Shown piece by piece: positions 44,357 through 53,658 of a DNA stretch of 56,735 nt. Numbering within the stretch: the first letter of the stretch is position 1; every line of letters starts with the position of its first letter. The DNA lies in the IMG/VR virus record IMGVR_UViG_3300027869_000003, positions 1-56,735 of that record; one strand, written 5' to 3'. The DNA is from a virus. Its lineage: Duplodnaviria; Caudoviricetes. The notes under the pieces were generated by a model. It saw only the letters and a program-made list of their open reading frames with translations, had not been told where the DNA came from and made no database searches. Made by a program: the position numbers and the translations under genes.

Positions 44357-45818
44357 TGAACCCTTCTAAGTTTTTCGTCGCCCATGCCCACGACTTCTTG
44401 AAGGCTTCCCGGTCTTTTTCGTCCTTTATGCCAAGATAATAGTTGTGTTTTTGTTCCGCGTTCAGTCGTGCGTATTGGAACACGCGCGGGTCAAGGTTTT
44501 TGGCGACATTCGCCTCAAACCCTCTGAGGTCGGTCTGGTCCGGATGCTTCGCCGCCAGTTGCTGCCTCGCCCTCTGGTAGTCCGCATTCCCGCGAAGTTG
44601 CTTGAGGATGAAGTCGGCACCTTCAGGCGACAGGCTCGAACTCGGATTGGCGCCTTGATTGACGTGCAATCGCGCATCGCTGCCGGCGCCTTGAGCGTCA
44701 GCGAGTTGGTTCGCCAGCTTGTCGAAAGATTCCTGCCCGGCCACTGATTTCGGATCGACGCCGAACGTCGCGCCCATCGGGCCGCCCCACGATTGCAAAA
44801 ACCTCTTGAACCCCAGGGTTTTGTCAGCATTCGTCCCGCTGGTGAACATATTCAGGTCGGTTTGCATGTTGGCGAGTAGCGCATCCTGCCCGCGCGCCCT
44901 GACACCTTCATCGGAAATCTTCTGGAACCCGGCATCGGAGGTTTGTCCCTGCGAAGTCATCTGCTGTTGCTTCGCTGGGCCGACGCCAGTGGTCATTTGC
45001 CCTGGGATCATCGGTGGAGCAGGGCCGGTCGGCGGAATGGTGACGGGAGCATTCGGCCCGGTAGACGACGGTCCTGGTGCCGGTTGATCGCCACCATTCG
45101 ACGGGGGCGCATTGGGATTTCGCAACGCGGGCGGAAGTGGTCGCCCGGTTCCCATGGGCGGCAATCCCGTCAATGACGGAGGGGTAACAGGCCCAATCGG
45201 AACGGATGTCGGTTCTCCGTTCGGCCCAGGCGGACCTGAAATGCGACCCATTTGGGCCGCGCGTGAGGGATAAACGGGCGTTGAAGTCGAGGGGACAAAG
45301 CCGCCAGGCGTAGGTGAAAAAAGCGGCCGCTCGATACCGGACTCGATAGCCAATCCGGTATCCCGCGTTGCTGGTCTACCCAGAACCGCTCCGACCTCGT
45401 TCCCCGGCGTGGCCAGATTGGCACTGATCCATGTACCGAGCTGGGTTCGAAAATTCGGGCCGTCCGTCATGCTCGACAGCGCGGCGAGCGGTTCGTGGGT
45501 AGACATGCCCTGGCTTTCCAGCCGCGCGAGAGTGGTTGTCGCGTCCGCCAATGTCGGATTGGCGCCCTCGGCGAGAAGCGGCGCCAGTTGCCGGGCAGCG
45601 GCCTGCTTCCAGGTCTGCAACAGATCAGCTTTGTTCGCCGAGATGCGCTGCTGCTGCAGTTCCATCTGACCAGGGAACATCTTATTCTGATTGATCGCGT
45701 TCTGCACCGTCGCGAACTGCCCGATCGTCTGCAACGGGTTCGCCGGCGGCGGCAGGTTCCGCCCGGCCTGGAGCGCGATGGCGGGATCAAAGCCGGGCGA
45801 GGAAAGCGCGCCGCTCAT
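44346..45818 (-). CDS. DNA ejection/transfer protein (P22 gp20-like position)
   Basis: MSGALSSPGFDPAIALQ; Gln/Pro-rich; lies between the gp7-like and SLT proteins. Confidence 0.7.
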   Translation of the reverse strand: MSGALSSPGFDPAIALQAGRNLPPPANPLQTIGQFATVQNAINQNKMFPGQMELQQQRISANKADLLQTWKQAAARQLAPLLAEGANPTLADATTTLARLESQGMSTHEPLAALSSMTDGPNFRTQLGTWISANLATPGNEVGAVLGRPATRDTGLAIESGIERPLFSPTPGGFVPSTSTPVYPSRAAQMGRISGPPGPNGEPTSVPIGPVTPPSLTGLPPMGTGRPLPPALRNPNAPPSNGGDQPAPGPSSTGPNAPVTIPPTGPAPPMIPGQMTTGVGPAKQQQMTSQGQTSDAGFQKISDEGVRARGQDALLANMQTDLNMFTSGTNADKTLGFKRFLQSWGGPMGATFGVDPKSVAGQESFDKLANQLADAQGAGSDARLHVNQGANPSSSLSPEGADFILKQLRGNADYQRARQQLAAKHPDQTDLRGFEANVAKNLDPRVFQYARLNAEQKHNYYLGIKDEKDREAFKKSWAWATKNLEGFNGG

Positions 45819-46279
45819 GCTGGTGGCACTCCCTGTGGCGGCATCGCTGGCCCCGGCGCCGCTGGCATGGCCTGTTGCGGCGCCTGCTGTTGGGGCTGAG
45901 CCTGCTGCATCATCGCCGCCTTCATATGTACCACGGCGGACAGGTTGGCGCTGTAGAGGCTCCGCAGCCACGGCGATAGCTTGTCGGCATCCGCCGGCAT
46001 TTGCGTGATGAACCGGATCGCCTCGGACGGTGGCACCTTGCCGTCCGCCGCCTCGCGCGCCGCCGCCTTGATCACGTCCTTGGCCGTGACTTTGGGATTG
46101 GTCGCGAGTGACCCGAGGATCGGCAGGATGTAATCGAGTTTCGCGATTTGCGCGGGCAGGTCGCCGGGATCCATCTGTCCGACGTGCTGCCAGACGCGGG
46201 CATGGCCCATCGCGGGATGATCGGGCCGCGGCGTCGCGAGCGGTTGCGCGCCGGACATGAGGGGGTTGGTGCCTGACAT
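45815..46279 (-). CDS. Hypothetical protein in the ejection module
   Basis: 154 aa, coupled at both ends. Confidence 0.7.
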   Translation of the reverse strand: MSGTNPLMSGAQPLATPRPDHPAMGHARVWQHVGQMDPGDLPAQIAKLDYILPILGSLATNPKVTAKDVIKAAAREAADGKVPPSEAIRFITQMPADADKLSPWLRSLYSANLSAVVHMKAAMMQQAQPQQQAPQQAMPAAPGPAMPPQGVPPA

Positions 46280-47178
46280 TATCCCGCGCTCACGCCGCCA
46301 AATCCGACGGACGGGTTGAAGATGCTACCGTTGACAGCAGACGGGCCAAGCGCCGTCGAAGCGTTGTTCGCGGCGGTCAGCGACGAATTAAAGCCGGAGT
46401 TTCCGCCATTCCCGAGCAGTTGATTGAACAGCAGCGTGTTCAGTGGCGTGTTCGCCGCCGTGCCGAGTGCCGAGCCAAGCGCGTTGGCGCTGCCAACGGT
46501 TCCCGCCGCCTGCGATGCCGCGCCTGACTGCAATGCCGCGTTGCTCTGTCCCACGGATTGCAAACTATTCTGCCCCGTTTGTGTCGCCGCTGTCTGGCCG
46601 AGATTGGACAAGTTCGCGAGCGGACCTAACACATTCTGAAGGTTGTTTTGAAAGATGCCCTGGTTCATCCCATAGATGCCCTGGTTCATCCGGTAAATAT
46701 CAGCCTGCGTCCGTAACGTATTATCCGCGAGGCCAGTGGCGTAATTCGCCGCGCCTTTCAGCGCCGCGCCGGAGATGCCACGCCCCGATGCCGCGTTGCT
46801 GTTCGCCACGCTTTGTAATCCCTGGCCAAGCGTGAACTGATATCCCGGCGTCGCCGCCAAACCCGCTTGCGTGGGATTGAAGGCCGGAAATGGCGCCTGC
46901 GGATACACCAGAGAGTTGATGCCGTTCGCCGCCAACAGGTTCGTCCCAGGACCGCCCAACCCGAGACTGGCCAGGAGCGCATCAACACCAGTCTGTCCGG
47001 CCGCCCGATATGGCGCGAGATCGGAGCGGACCTGGGCCTGTTGCTGCTGCGAGGCCTGCGACGCTCGATCCGCCGCGGCCGCCTGAGTGCTCGCCGCGCT
47101 CTTGGATGCGCCAGATGAAATAAGAGCACCGCCGATCGAACCGACCGCGCCGATGCCGGCTGCCACGGCGAACGGCAT
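46279..47178 (-). CDS. DNA transfer protein, P22 gp7-like
   Basis: Hydrophobic Gly/Ala N-terminus, LAPYRAAG, TPGYQF...G...AA.G...SGAALK. Confidence 0.8.
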   Translation of the reverse strand: MPFAVAAGIGAVGSIGGALISSGASKSAASTQAAAADRASQASQQQQAQVRSDLAPYRAAGQTGVDALLASLGLGGPGTNLLAANGINSLVYPQAPFPAFNPTQAGLAATPGYQFTLGQGLQSVANSNAASGRGISGAALKGAANYATGLADNTLRTQADIYRMNQGIYGMNQGIFQNNLQNVLGPLANLSNLGQTAATQTGQNSLQSVGQSNAALQSGAASQAAGTVGSANALGSALGTAANTPLNTLLFNQLLGNGGNSGFNSSLTAANNASTALGPSAVNGSIFNPSVGFGGVSAG

Positions 47179-47523
47179 CTACCCCTCCACCAGATTGTTC
47201 TCTCGCGCGACCTCGATATCGCCCGTCCGCGAAACGTTGTGGATGCACAGGATCACGGTGTTGTCTTCCAATGTAAGGAACGTATGCGGCAAGTTGGCAC
47301 GGATCGTCACTGTCGCCGGGGCCTTGAACAACCCTCGATCCGTGTCATCCTCCCACAACCGCACCGAACCGGCCGCGATCACTGATACATGCGAGAACGT
47401 GTGAACGTGCTGCGGCAAATATGTCTTGGCCTTCGGGATCAGATGCGACTTGACGAAAATATCATCGGTCAACGCCAGGTCGGTCTCGATAGGCTGGAAC
47501 GGATGCGCCACGAACTCGTTCAT
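47179..47523 (-). CDS. Cupin-fold protein
   Basis: QHVHTFSHVSVIAAGSV...AP..I.ANLPH.F..LED.T..LCIH. Confidence 0.8.
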   Translation of the reverse strand: MNEFVAHPFQPIETDLALTDDIFVKSHLIPKAKTYLPQHVHTFSHVSVIAAGSVRLWEDDTDRGLFKAPATVTIRANLPHTFLTLEDNTVILCIHNVSRTGDIEVARENNLVEG

Positions 47524-48068
47524 TCTGTCCTCATGCTCACGATGCAAACAATACGCTCCGCATCCCCGTCATTCGTCACCGAATGCGACAACAGATTATC
47601 GAAAGTATAGACATCCCCGGCGACCATGCGGACGGGCTCTCCAGCGCATTCGCTCAATGACGTTCCCGACAGCGTCACATGACACTTGCAGTTGTAAAAC
47701 TCAGGCGCCCACGAACCCGCGTCGGAATGTGGTTTCACGACGCCGCCGGGCGGCAGGCGGGTGATCAGGATCGAGCCGAGTTCCACCGCCGATACCTTCG
47801 TCATCAGGCCGAATACCAGAGGCCGCAGCGAAGGCAATGCCGACCACGCTGGCCAGAACACGTTCCTGTGCTCTTCCTGAAATGAACCAAGACCCTTGAT
47901 TTCATCTGCCGCACGATACCGAACCCAGACTGATCGCGTGTCCGCGTGCGGCGTGCCAGGGTAGGTTTCGCGATGGTTGTTCACGTCCCATAGTTCAGGA
48001 TGACGCTGCAATTCCAGCATGATCGGCATCGTATCGACACCACGCGCGATGCAAAGAAACTGGCTCAG
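47520..48068 (-). CDS. Aspartyl/asparaginyl beta-hydroxylase-like 2OG-Fe(II) oxygenase (probable CTG start at 48068; ATG at 48029)
   Basis: ITRLPPGG.VKPHSD (HxD), FDN...HSV.N.G..ERI. Confidence 0.82.
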   Translation of the reverse strand: MSQFLCIARGVDTMPIMLELQRHPELWDVNNHRETYPGTPHADTRSVWVRYRAADEIKGLGSFQEEHRNVFWPAWSALPSLRPLVFGLMTKVSAVELGSILITRLPPGGVVKPHSDAGSWAPEFYNCKCHVTLSGTSLSECAGEPVRMVAGDVYTFDNLLSHSVTNDGDAERIVCIVSMRTE

Positions 48069-48616
48069 GAGCAGAATCCATAAGATTGCAACAATGCAAT
48101 TATATCAGCGGTGGTAACCGGTGTCGCCGGCTGCGCGCCGGGCGATGCGTGCCCCCAGACGCCAATGCCGCCCGCGACGAGGACGTTACCCGTGAAGTGC
48201 GGCGAGGCCAGCGGCGCCAGAAGCGCGTCCGCCGCGATCCGAGCCGCCGTCTCCGTCGCGATGGCCGCCGTATTCGCGTCAGCCGTCGCCTGCGCCGTGG
48301 CTGCGTTCGTCACCCCCGTGTTGGCGGTGCCTTGTGCCGTCGTGGCGCTTGCCTGGGCCGTGTTCGCCGTGGCCTGCGCCGTCGCCGCGTTCGCGACTCC
48401 GGTGTCGGCGGTCGTCTGGGCCGTGTTCGCCGTGCTCTGCGCCGCGTTGGCGGTCGCCTGCACGTCCGATGAGCCTATGCCGGCAAGGCCACCCGTGCGC
48501 GCCATGATCTGCAACGACCAACGGAACCACTCCCGGCTTTGCAGCCCCGTGACCGGATCAACAAAGGGCACACTCGGCACCGGCATCTTGCAGGCGTATT
48601 CAGTCGTGGCGCTCAT
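48065..48616 (-). CDS. Tail needle, P22 gp26-like trimeric coiled coil
   Basis: P.VPFVDP.TG...EWFRW N-terminus; TANxAQ heptad repeats; position after gp10. Confidence 0.7.
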   Translation of the reverse strand: MSATTEYACKMPVPSVPFVDPVTGLQSREWFRWSLQIMARTGGLAGIGSSDVQATANAAQSTANTAQTTADTGVANAATAQATANTAQASATTAQGTANTGVTNAATAQATADANTAAIATETAARIAADALLAPLASPHFTGNVLVAGGIGVWGHASPGAQPATPVTTADIIALLQSYGFCS

Positions 48617-48880
48617 TTACGCAGCGATCTCCGCCGCGAGCAGCCGCCGCGCCTCGACCAGTTGCGTCCGCAGCGTGACGTTCTCGGAAATCTCCGCCAT
48701 CAGCTTTTGACTGAGCGCCTCGACCTCCGCCGATGGGAGGACCGGTGCCGGCGGCGCCTGCTTCGCGGTCATTTTCTCGCGCGACCGCGCCTCACGCTCG
48801 TTCATGTCGGGGCTGTAATCGGCGATTGTGTCCATTTCAGTGTCCATTGTCGTGGTGGTCTCTTTCCAGTTCCATGTCAT
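48617..48880 (-). CDS. Small coiled-coil protein (possible fibre chaperone)
   Basis: Follows a fibre gene; EALSQKLMAEISEN..LR. Confidence 0.55.
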   Translation of the reverse strand: MTWNWKETTTTMDTEMDTIADYSPDMNEREARSREKMTAKQAPPAPVLPSAEVEALSQKLMAEISENVTLRTQLVEARRLLAAEIAA

Positions 48881-48881
48881 G

Positions 48882-50537
48882 TTAGAAACACGGGATGTAG
48901 CGGACGGTGCCGGCGGCGTTTTTAACGGTCAGCCATTCCTGAACCGTCGTGTGCGAGCCGGCCGGCCCGAGGTTCGTCATCGCCGTGGCGACAGAACCGT
49001 TCGCCGCGATCATGCCGGAACCGACACGCACCGGGCCACCGGCCGGCTGCAAATACAGTTCCGTCAGCGCCGTCCACGTCACATTGAACGTCGCCAACCC
49101 GTTGCCCGATCCACCCGTGGTCGAAACCGTGGCCGGGGCACCGCCGCCAAACCAGAATGGCTCTTTGCCGACGAGATAATGCGCGGTCAGGATATTGCCC
49201 GACCCGTTGACGGTATCGACATTGATGATGCCGCCCAACCCGTCATAAAGTTGATCATTGACCTGATACGCGGCGCCGATGACGATCACCGCCCCAAGCG
49301 CGCCCTTCGATCCAGTCACGTCGATCTGCGCGCCGGTCGCGTTGGCCGCGAGCGCCGCCGGGCCTATGTCGATCTCGGGAATGCCCTTGAGGCGCAACCC
49401 GGGCGAACGCATCACGCTGTTGGAGAAATTGACCCGGCTGAAGTCAAACCCGCCCGCCGCCGCCATCGGCATACGCTGCGCCAGTCCGGGATTATTGTTG
49501 ATCTGTGCGTAGGTGTTGACGATCCAGCCAGTCGTCGGATCAATCGGCCACTGACCGCCGGGCGTGCCGAGAAGCAGCCCCGTGTTGACGCTGGTCGATC
49601 CACTCGCGGCGAACATATGCAAATAGGACTCATAATCCACCGCGTGATTGCCGGACGTATTCGTGGCGATCATGCCGATGATGTTGTAGGCATTGATCGT
49701 CGTGCCGGCGACGCGCTGAATGCCGCACTCGATCCCCTCGACATTGGCCCAACCAACGGCCCCCGCCGCCTGGTTGATGTAAATGCCGACGCCGACGCTG
49801 TTGGACTGATTACTCACGCGATGCGCGAGGTTCTGCGTTACCTGGAGCGTGTTAAAAAACCGTGTCTGCCCGTCAGGGTCCAGCGTGTCAGAGGTCTGCG
49901 TCTGGCTGATGGTCATCGCGCCGATCGAACCCTTGCTCCCGCCGAAGTTCGTCTGAACCTTGAACGGCATGAACGGATCAGGCGCGGCGGTGTTGTCGAT
50001 GTTGTTGGAGTTCACGCCGAACAGCCACACCGATCCATCCACGGCGCCCATTGTCCCGGTCACTGTCTGGCCAGGGATAAAGACCGCTTGCGTGGTCGCG
50101 TCCGTCACCGATGCCGGTGTCCATGTCCGCGTGTTCGTGGGGATCGTAAGACGCGACAATGATGCGGCGTTGTTTGTGGTCAGGCCGATACCCGCGGCGC
50201 CGCTCCCGATCCCGAACACCGTGTTGCCCGTGAAACCCCCGCTCGCGGTGAGGACGCCGGATAACGTGTGATTGCCAGCGAACGTGCCGGTGAACGTGCC
50301 ACCGGCCAGCGTGGTCGTGCCGCTCACATTCAGCGTCGAATTGATGACAAGCGGCCCGGTCAGCGTCCCGCCGATCAGCGGCAGGTAGGTATTTCCTGAC
50401 GTGCCAAGAAACTGCCCGATCGTCGCCTTTCGCGTTGTCGCGGTGCCGGGAATGTTCGGCGTGCCGCCCTGGTCGAGAGCGATCAGGTCGTTGACCGAAA
50501 CCGACGCGGCGGCGGGAAGTCCGTCAAGGTACGGCAT
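48882..50537 (-). CDS. Tail fibre/receptor-binding-like protein
   Basis: LPAA..V...DLI..DQ..TRKAT, YLPLIGGTLTGPL, C-terminal ANGSVAT...VQEWL...RYIPCF. Confidence 0.75.
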   Translation of the reverse strand: MPYLDGLPAAASVSVNDLIALDQGGTPNIPGTATTRKATIGQFLGTSGNTYLPLIGGTLTGPLVINSTLNVSGTTTLAGGTFTGTFAGNHTLSGVLTASGGFTGNTVFGIGSGAAGIGLTTNNAASLSRLTIPTNTRTWTPASVTDATTQAVFIPGQTVTGTMGAVDGSVWLFGVNSNNIDNTAAPDPFMPFKVQTNFGGSKGSIGAMTISQTQTSDTLDPDGQTRFFNTLQVTQNLAHRVSNQSNSVGVGIYINQAAGAVGWANVEGIECGIQRVAGTTINAYNIIGMIATNTSGNHAVDYESYLHMFAASGSTSVNTGLLLGTPGGQWPIDPTTGWIVNTYAQINNNPGLAQRMPMAAAGGFDFSRVNFSNSVMRSPGLRLKGIPEIDIGPAALAANATGAQIDVTGSKGALGAVIVIGAAYQVNDQLYDGLGGIINVDTVNGSGNILTAHYLVGKEPFWFGGGAPATVSTTGGSGNGLATFNVTWTALTELYLQPAGGPVRVGSGMIAANGSVATAMTNLGPAGSHTTVQEWLTVKNAAGTVRYIPCF

Positions 50538-50551
50538 TAGGTTGTAATCCC

Positions 50552-50648
50552 TTGACAAGGCCCAACGATTTCAGGATTATGACGGACAGACGCGGCGTTA
50601 TCAGCACCGCGTCCACCCTGACCACCATCGCTCGGCAAGGAGCAGATC
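50552..50648 (+). promoter_or_regulatory. Promoter (TTGACA-17-GATTAT) plus structured leader of the GIY-YIG gene
   Basis: Hairpin GACGCGG/CCGCGTC 50589-50613, CCCTGACC, RBS hairpin GCTC/GAGC; architecture shared with 1110-1199. Confidence 0.65.
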
Positions 50649-51557
50649 ATGGCTGACACCATCATCTCAGGCATTTACCGGATACGCAATACGGTGAATG
50701 GACGTTGTTATATCGGTTCCTCCATGAGGATACAGCGTAGATGGCACGCCCACAGAACCTCTCTTAGAGGTAACAAGCATCATTCCGTTGCTCTGCAAAG
50801 AGCATGGAATAAGTATGGCGAACCCACGTTCATCTTCGAGATCGTTGAGGCCGTTCCCGACAAACATAATCTGATCGACCGAGAACAACATTGGATTAAC
50901 CATCATAGTAGCGCGTCCGGTCATGGATATAACTCGTCTCCTACAGCCGGAAGTCCTCTTGGCGTTAAACATTCAGAAGCCAGCAAGGCAAAATCACGAC
51001 TAACTCGGTCAACGCCAGAGTTCAAGGCCGCGTGGAGTGCTAAAATGCGCGGTCGAAAACACACACCAGAAGCGCTGGCGATATTTCGGGAGGCAATGAG
51101 GAAGCCTGAGTATTTGGCGAAAAGAAAGGCATGGGCCGCAGGCCGTAAGATGCCAAAAGAAGCCCTTGCCAAGGCGATAGAAGCAAACCGCAAACGAAGT
51201 ATTTCAGATGAACACAAGAAGCGATTAATAGACGCCAGGATTGCTTTCGGCACACCAGATGCTACTCGCGAAAAAATGCGAAAGTCCCACCTGGGGAAAA
51301 AGCATACCCCTGAACATATAGCTAAAACGGCGGCTGCAAATCGGGGTAAAATCAGATCACCAGAAATAAGACAAAAGCTTCGCGTTGCCCAAAGCCAAGT
51401 GGTCCTATCGGATGAGGAAAGAAGGAGACGTAGCAAGGTCTTTCTCTCCATCATGAAAGACCCTGCCACACGAGCGAAAATGTCGGCCACGCGCAAGGCG
51501 ATGGGAGCGGAGAAGCGAGCGATACAGAACAAAGGACAAGGCGAGTTCTCATTCTAA
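50649..51557 (+). CDS. GIY-YIG homing endonuclease with NUMOD3 repeats, antisense in the tail operon
   Basis: SGIYRI.N...CYIGSS, LQRAWNKYG, REQHWI, GYN; GVKHSE/GRKHTPE/GKKHTPE repeats. Confidence 0.92.
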   Translation: MADTIISGIYRIRNTVNGRCYIGSSMRIQRRWHAHRTSLRGNKHHSVALQRAWNKYGEPTFIFEIVEAVPDKHNLIDREQHWINHHSSASGHGYNSSPTAGSPLGVKHSEASKAKSRLTRSTPEFKAAWSAKMRGRKHTPEALAIFREAMRKPEYLAKRKAWAAGRKMPKEALAKAIEANRKRSISDEHKKRLIDARIAFGTPDATREKMRKSHLGKKHTPEHIAKTAAANRGKIRSPEIRQKLRVAQSQVVLSDEERRRRSKVFLSIMKDPATRAKMSATRKAMGAEKRAIQNKGQGEFSF

Positions 51558-53140
51558 TTCTCAATTAAAATTGGGGGAGGATCCAAAAACGCGCCTTGTA
51601 TCGCGAACCTACCAGGGAGGACCCCGTAGATTTCGAAGATTCTATCTCTTGCCCTTCCGCAACGATTCCACTGTGGCTGCGCGCGGTAATTCCCCATTTC
51701 CCCAAGCGATTGCGGCAATGGATTGCCGAACGTGCGGCCCCGGTCATCGCTCCACCGCAGGTAAATCAGCGGCGCGGTCGCCGGTAGCGGCGCGGGCCCG
51801 GCCAAAAGCGCATCCTCGAACACGCCAGCATCGATCGACGGTGCCGCGTTGACGCCGCTCGCCCCGGTCAGCAGCGGAAACGGGCCGGGCGGATCAATCG
51901 TCCCAAGCCCCGTGGCGGCCTCCACATCGAGCGTGAAGCCGGGATAGATCACCTGCTTGCCGTCGCCCACCATGTGCGGGAAGCCGCGCCTGTAGTGGAT
52001 CGGAGCGCCCGCGTCGGTATGGTTCTCCGGGTCGAGCGCGTAGAGTTCTCCCGTCTCCCAATCCGCGACCACGTTCTTGCCGTAAGCGAAGGCGGAACAC
52101 GCCGCCCGGTGCCGATGCTCGACGCCGTTCACGTCCGACCACATCGGCTCATGCCACTGATCCGGCACCGTCTCGTCCCACCGCCAGGACCGATCCGCGC
52201 TCGGGAAATTGATCTGATAGAACGTGTGCCCGGCCTGCTGGAATGTGAACGCCTCCGCGTCGCTCACCTGGGGATATTTCGCCATCGCCGTTTCAAGCGC
52301 GAAATTACTGATCCGCTTGGCGTCATAGCCTTCCGTGCGGACCACGATGGCCTGGCCGTTCTGGTCCTGCGACAGCCAGAAAATCGCGCCATTCGCCTGC
52401 GCGACCGACGATTTCGCGATGCAACCGTGCTGCGCGAACGGTCCAGGCATGATCTGGAACGGGAAATCGGCGGCGCCGGCGTCAAACCAGACTTCCGATG
52501 TGCGCTCGCCGATCAGCCAGATTTCCCGCTTCGTGACGCAAATGCTGACCAGATTGTCGCTGTATCCATTCTTGGCGGCGAAAAACAGCGCGTCGAATTT
52601 CATCTCGTTGAGATACGTGCTGTAAAAGTTCCGCGTGCCGGGCTGGTTCAGCACGATGAACCCGTCGATGATGTCCACCCGGTCGGCACCGTAGAACGCG
52701 AACACCGCGCCCGCCACCGGCGGATCTGGCGAGTTGTTCGTCGAGTTGATGGGACTGAAGGCGTTCGTGGTGAGATCGACCTGATATCCTTGATCCGAGC
52801 CATCCACCAGGATCAGCGTCGTGCCGTTGTCCGCCATACTCACGCGGCCAATCGTGGTGCCGATCGCGCCAAGCCGCGTCAGAACCCAATCCTTGGACAC
52901 GCTGAACACCGTCGAGCCGGCGGCGTAATAAAGCGTGCCGTTGTTGGCCCAATACAGGCCGCGACCGGCGGCGGCGCGCGGCGGTTTGACGAGAGAGGTC
53001 AGGCCAGGGCAACCGTAGTATGTGAACGGGGCCGGGGCGCTCTCCGGGTTTTTTTCGCCGTAGAGATTCACCGATCGCACCGCTGACGCGATGACGCTGC
53101 GCGCTTCGTATGCGCCACCAGAGAGGACGACTCTCGGCAT
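51554..53140 (-). CDS. Head-closure/tail hub protein, P22 gp10-like
   Basis: R.VNLY.E, MADNG, GERTSEVW, GCIAK.S, GHTFY.INFP, L.WSDDRGRTF, G.ARDR.FE. Confidence 0.88.
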   Translation of the reverse strand: MPRVVLSGGAYEARSVIASAVRSVNLYGEKNPESAPAPFTYYGCPGLTSLVKPPRAAAGRGLYWANNGTLYYAAGSTVFSVSKDWVLTRLGAIGTTIGRVSMADNGTTLILVDGSDQGYQVDLTTNAFSPINSTNNSPDPPVAGAVFAFYGADRVDIIDGFIVLNQPGTRNFYSTYLNEMKFDALFFAAKNGYSDNLVSICVTKREIWLIGERTSEVWFDAGAADFPFQIMPGPFAQHGCIAKSSVAQANGAIFWLSQDQNGQAIVVRTEGYDAKRISNFALETAMAKYPQVSDAEAFTFQQAGHTFYQINFPSADRSWRWDETVPDQWHEPMWSDVNGVEHRHRAACSAFAYGKNVVADWETGELYALDPENHTDAGAPIHYRRGFPHMVGDGKQVIYPGFTLDVEAATGLGTIDPPGPFPLLTGASGVNAAPSIDAGVFEDALLAGPAPLPATAPLIYLRWSDDRGRTFGNPLPQSLGEMGNYRAQPQWNRCGRARDRIFEIYGVLPGRFAIQGAFLDPPPILIEN

Positions 53141-53644
53141 TTACGCGCTCTTGGCGCCGCCCTGCGCTGAAATCCAGGACGTTCCTGTCGTCTGGATGAA
53201 TACCGCGTTTTTCGAATTCGTCATCGTCACCGCGGCAGCCGTCGTGCCGCCGTCAATCGTGGTCGTCGTCTCAGCCGGAAATACCGACATCGCCGACGCG
53301 CCATTGTTGAAGATCCACACCTGAGTTCCGACGCCGGAACCAACCGGCGGCAGCTTCACCGCGTCGCCCGCTGTGCCGACCTTGGTCACGACCGCGATAC
53401 CGGTGTTGATCGCCACCGCGCCGGCCAGTGTCTGCGTCGTGCTCGCGGTGATGCTGTTCGTGATCGAGTTATCAAGCAGCCCGGTATAGCTGAGATTGGT
53501 CGCGACGACCGGTTGCGCCACCGTGCCACCATTGAGCATATCGACCAGATTGCCCTGCGTGCCGCCGGTTGGCGTGACCAGGATGGTCGATGGTTTTTGC
53601 TGCTGGAACGTCGGCCCGGTCATGATGAGTGTGTCGTCGGCCAT
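53141..53644 (-). CDS. Short fibre/decoration-like structural protein
   Basis: Thr/Gly-rich; N-terminal LVTPTGGTQG module shared with 53659..55137. Confidence 0.7.
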   Translation of the reverse strand: MADDTLIMTGPTFQQQKPSTILVTPTGGTQGNLVDMLNGGTVAQPVVATNLSYTGLLDNSITNSITASTTQTLAGAVAINTGIAVVTKVGTAGDAVKLPPVGSGVGTQVWIFNNGASAMSVFPAETTTTIDGGTTAAAVTMTNSKNAVFIQTTGTSWISAQGGAKSA

Positions 53645-53658
53645 TGTCTTTTCCTTAC

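Noticed and set aside
48280-48460. Repeated GCCGTGTTCGCCGTG-type DNA units, considered as a CRISPR-like or DGR array
   Set aside because: They encode the TANxAQ heptads of the needle coiled coil; there are no unique spacers and no reverse transcriptase in the genome.
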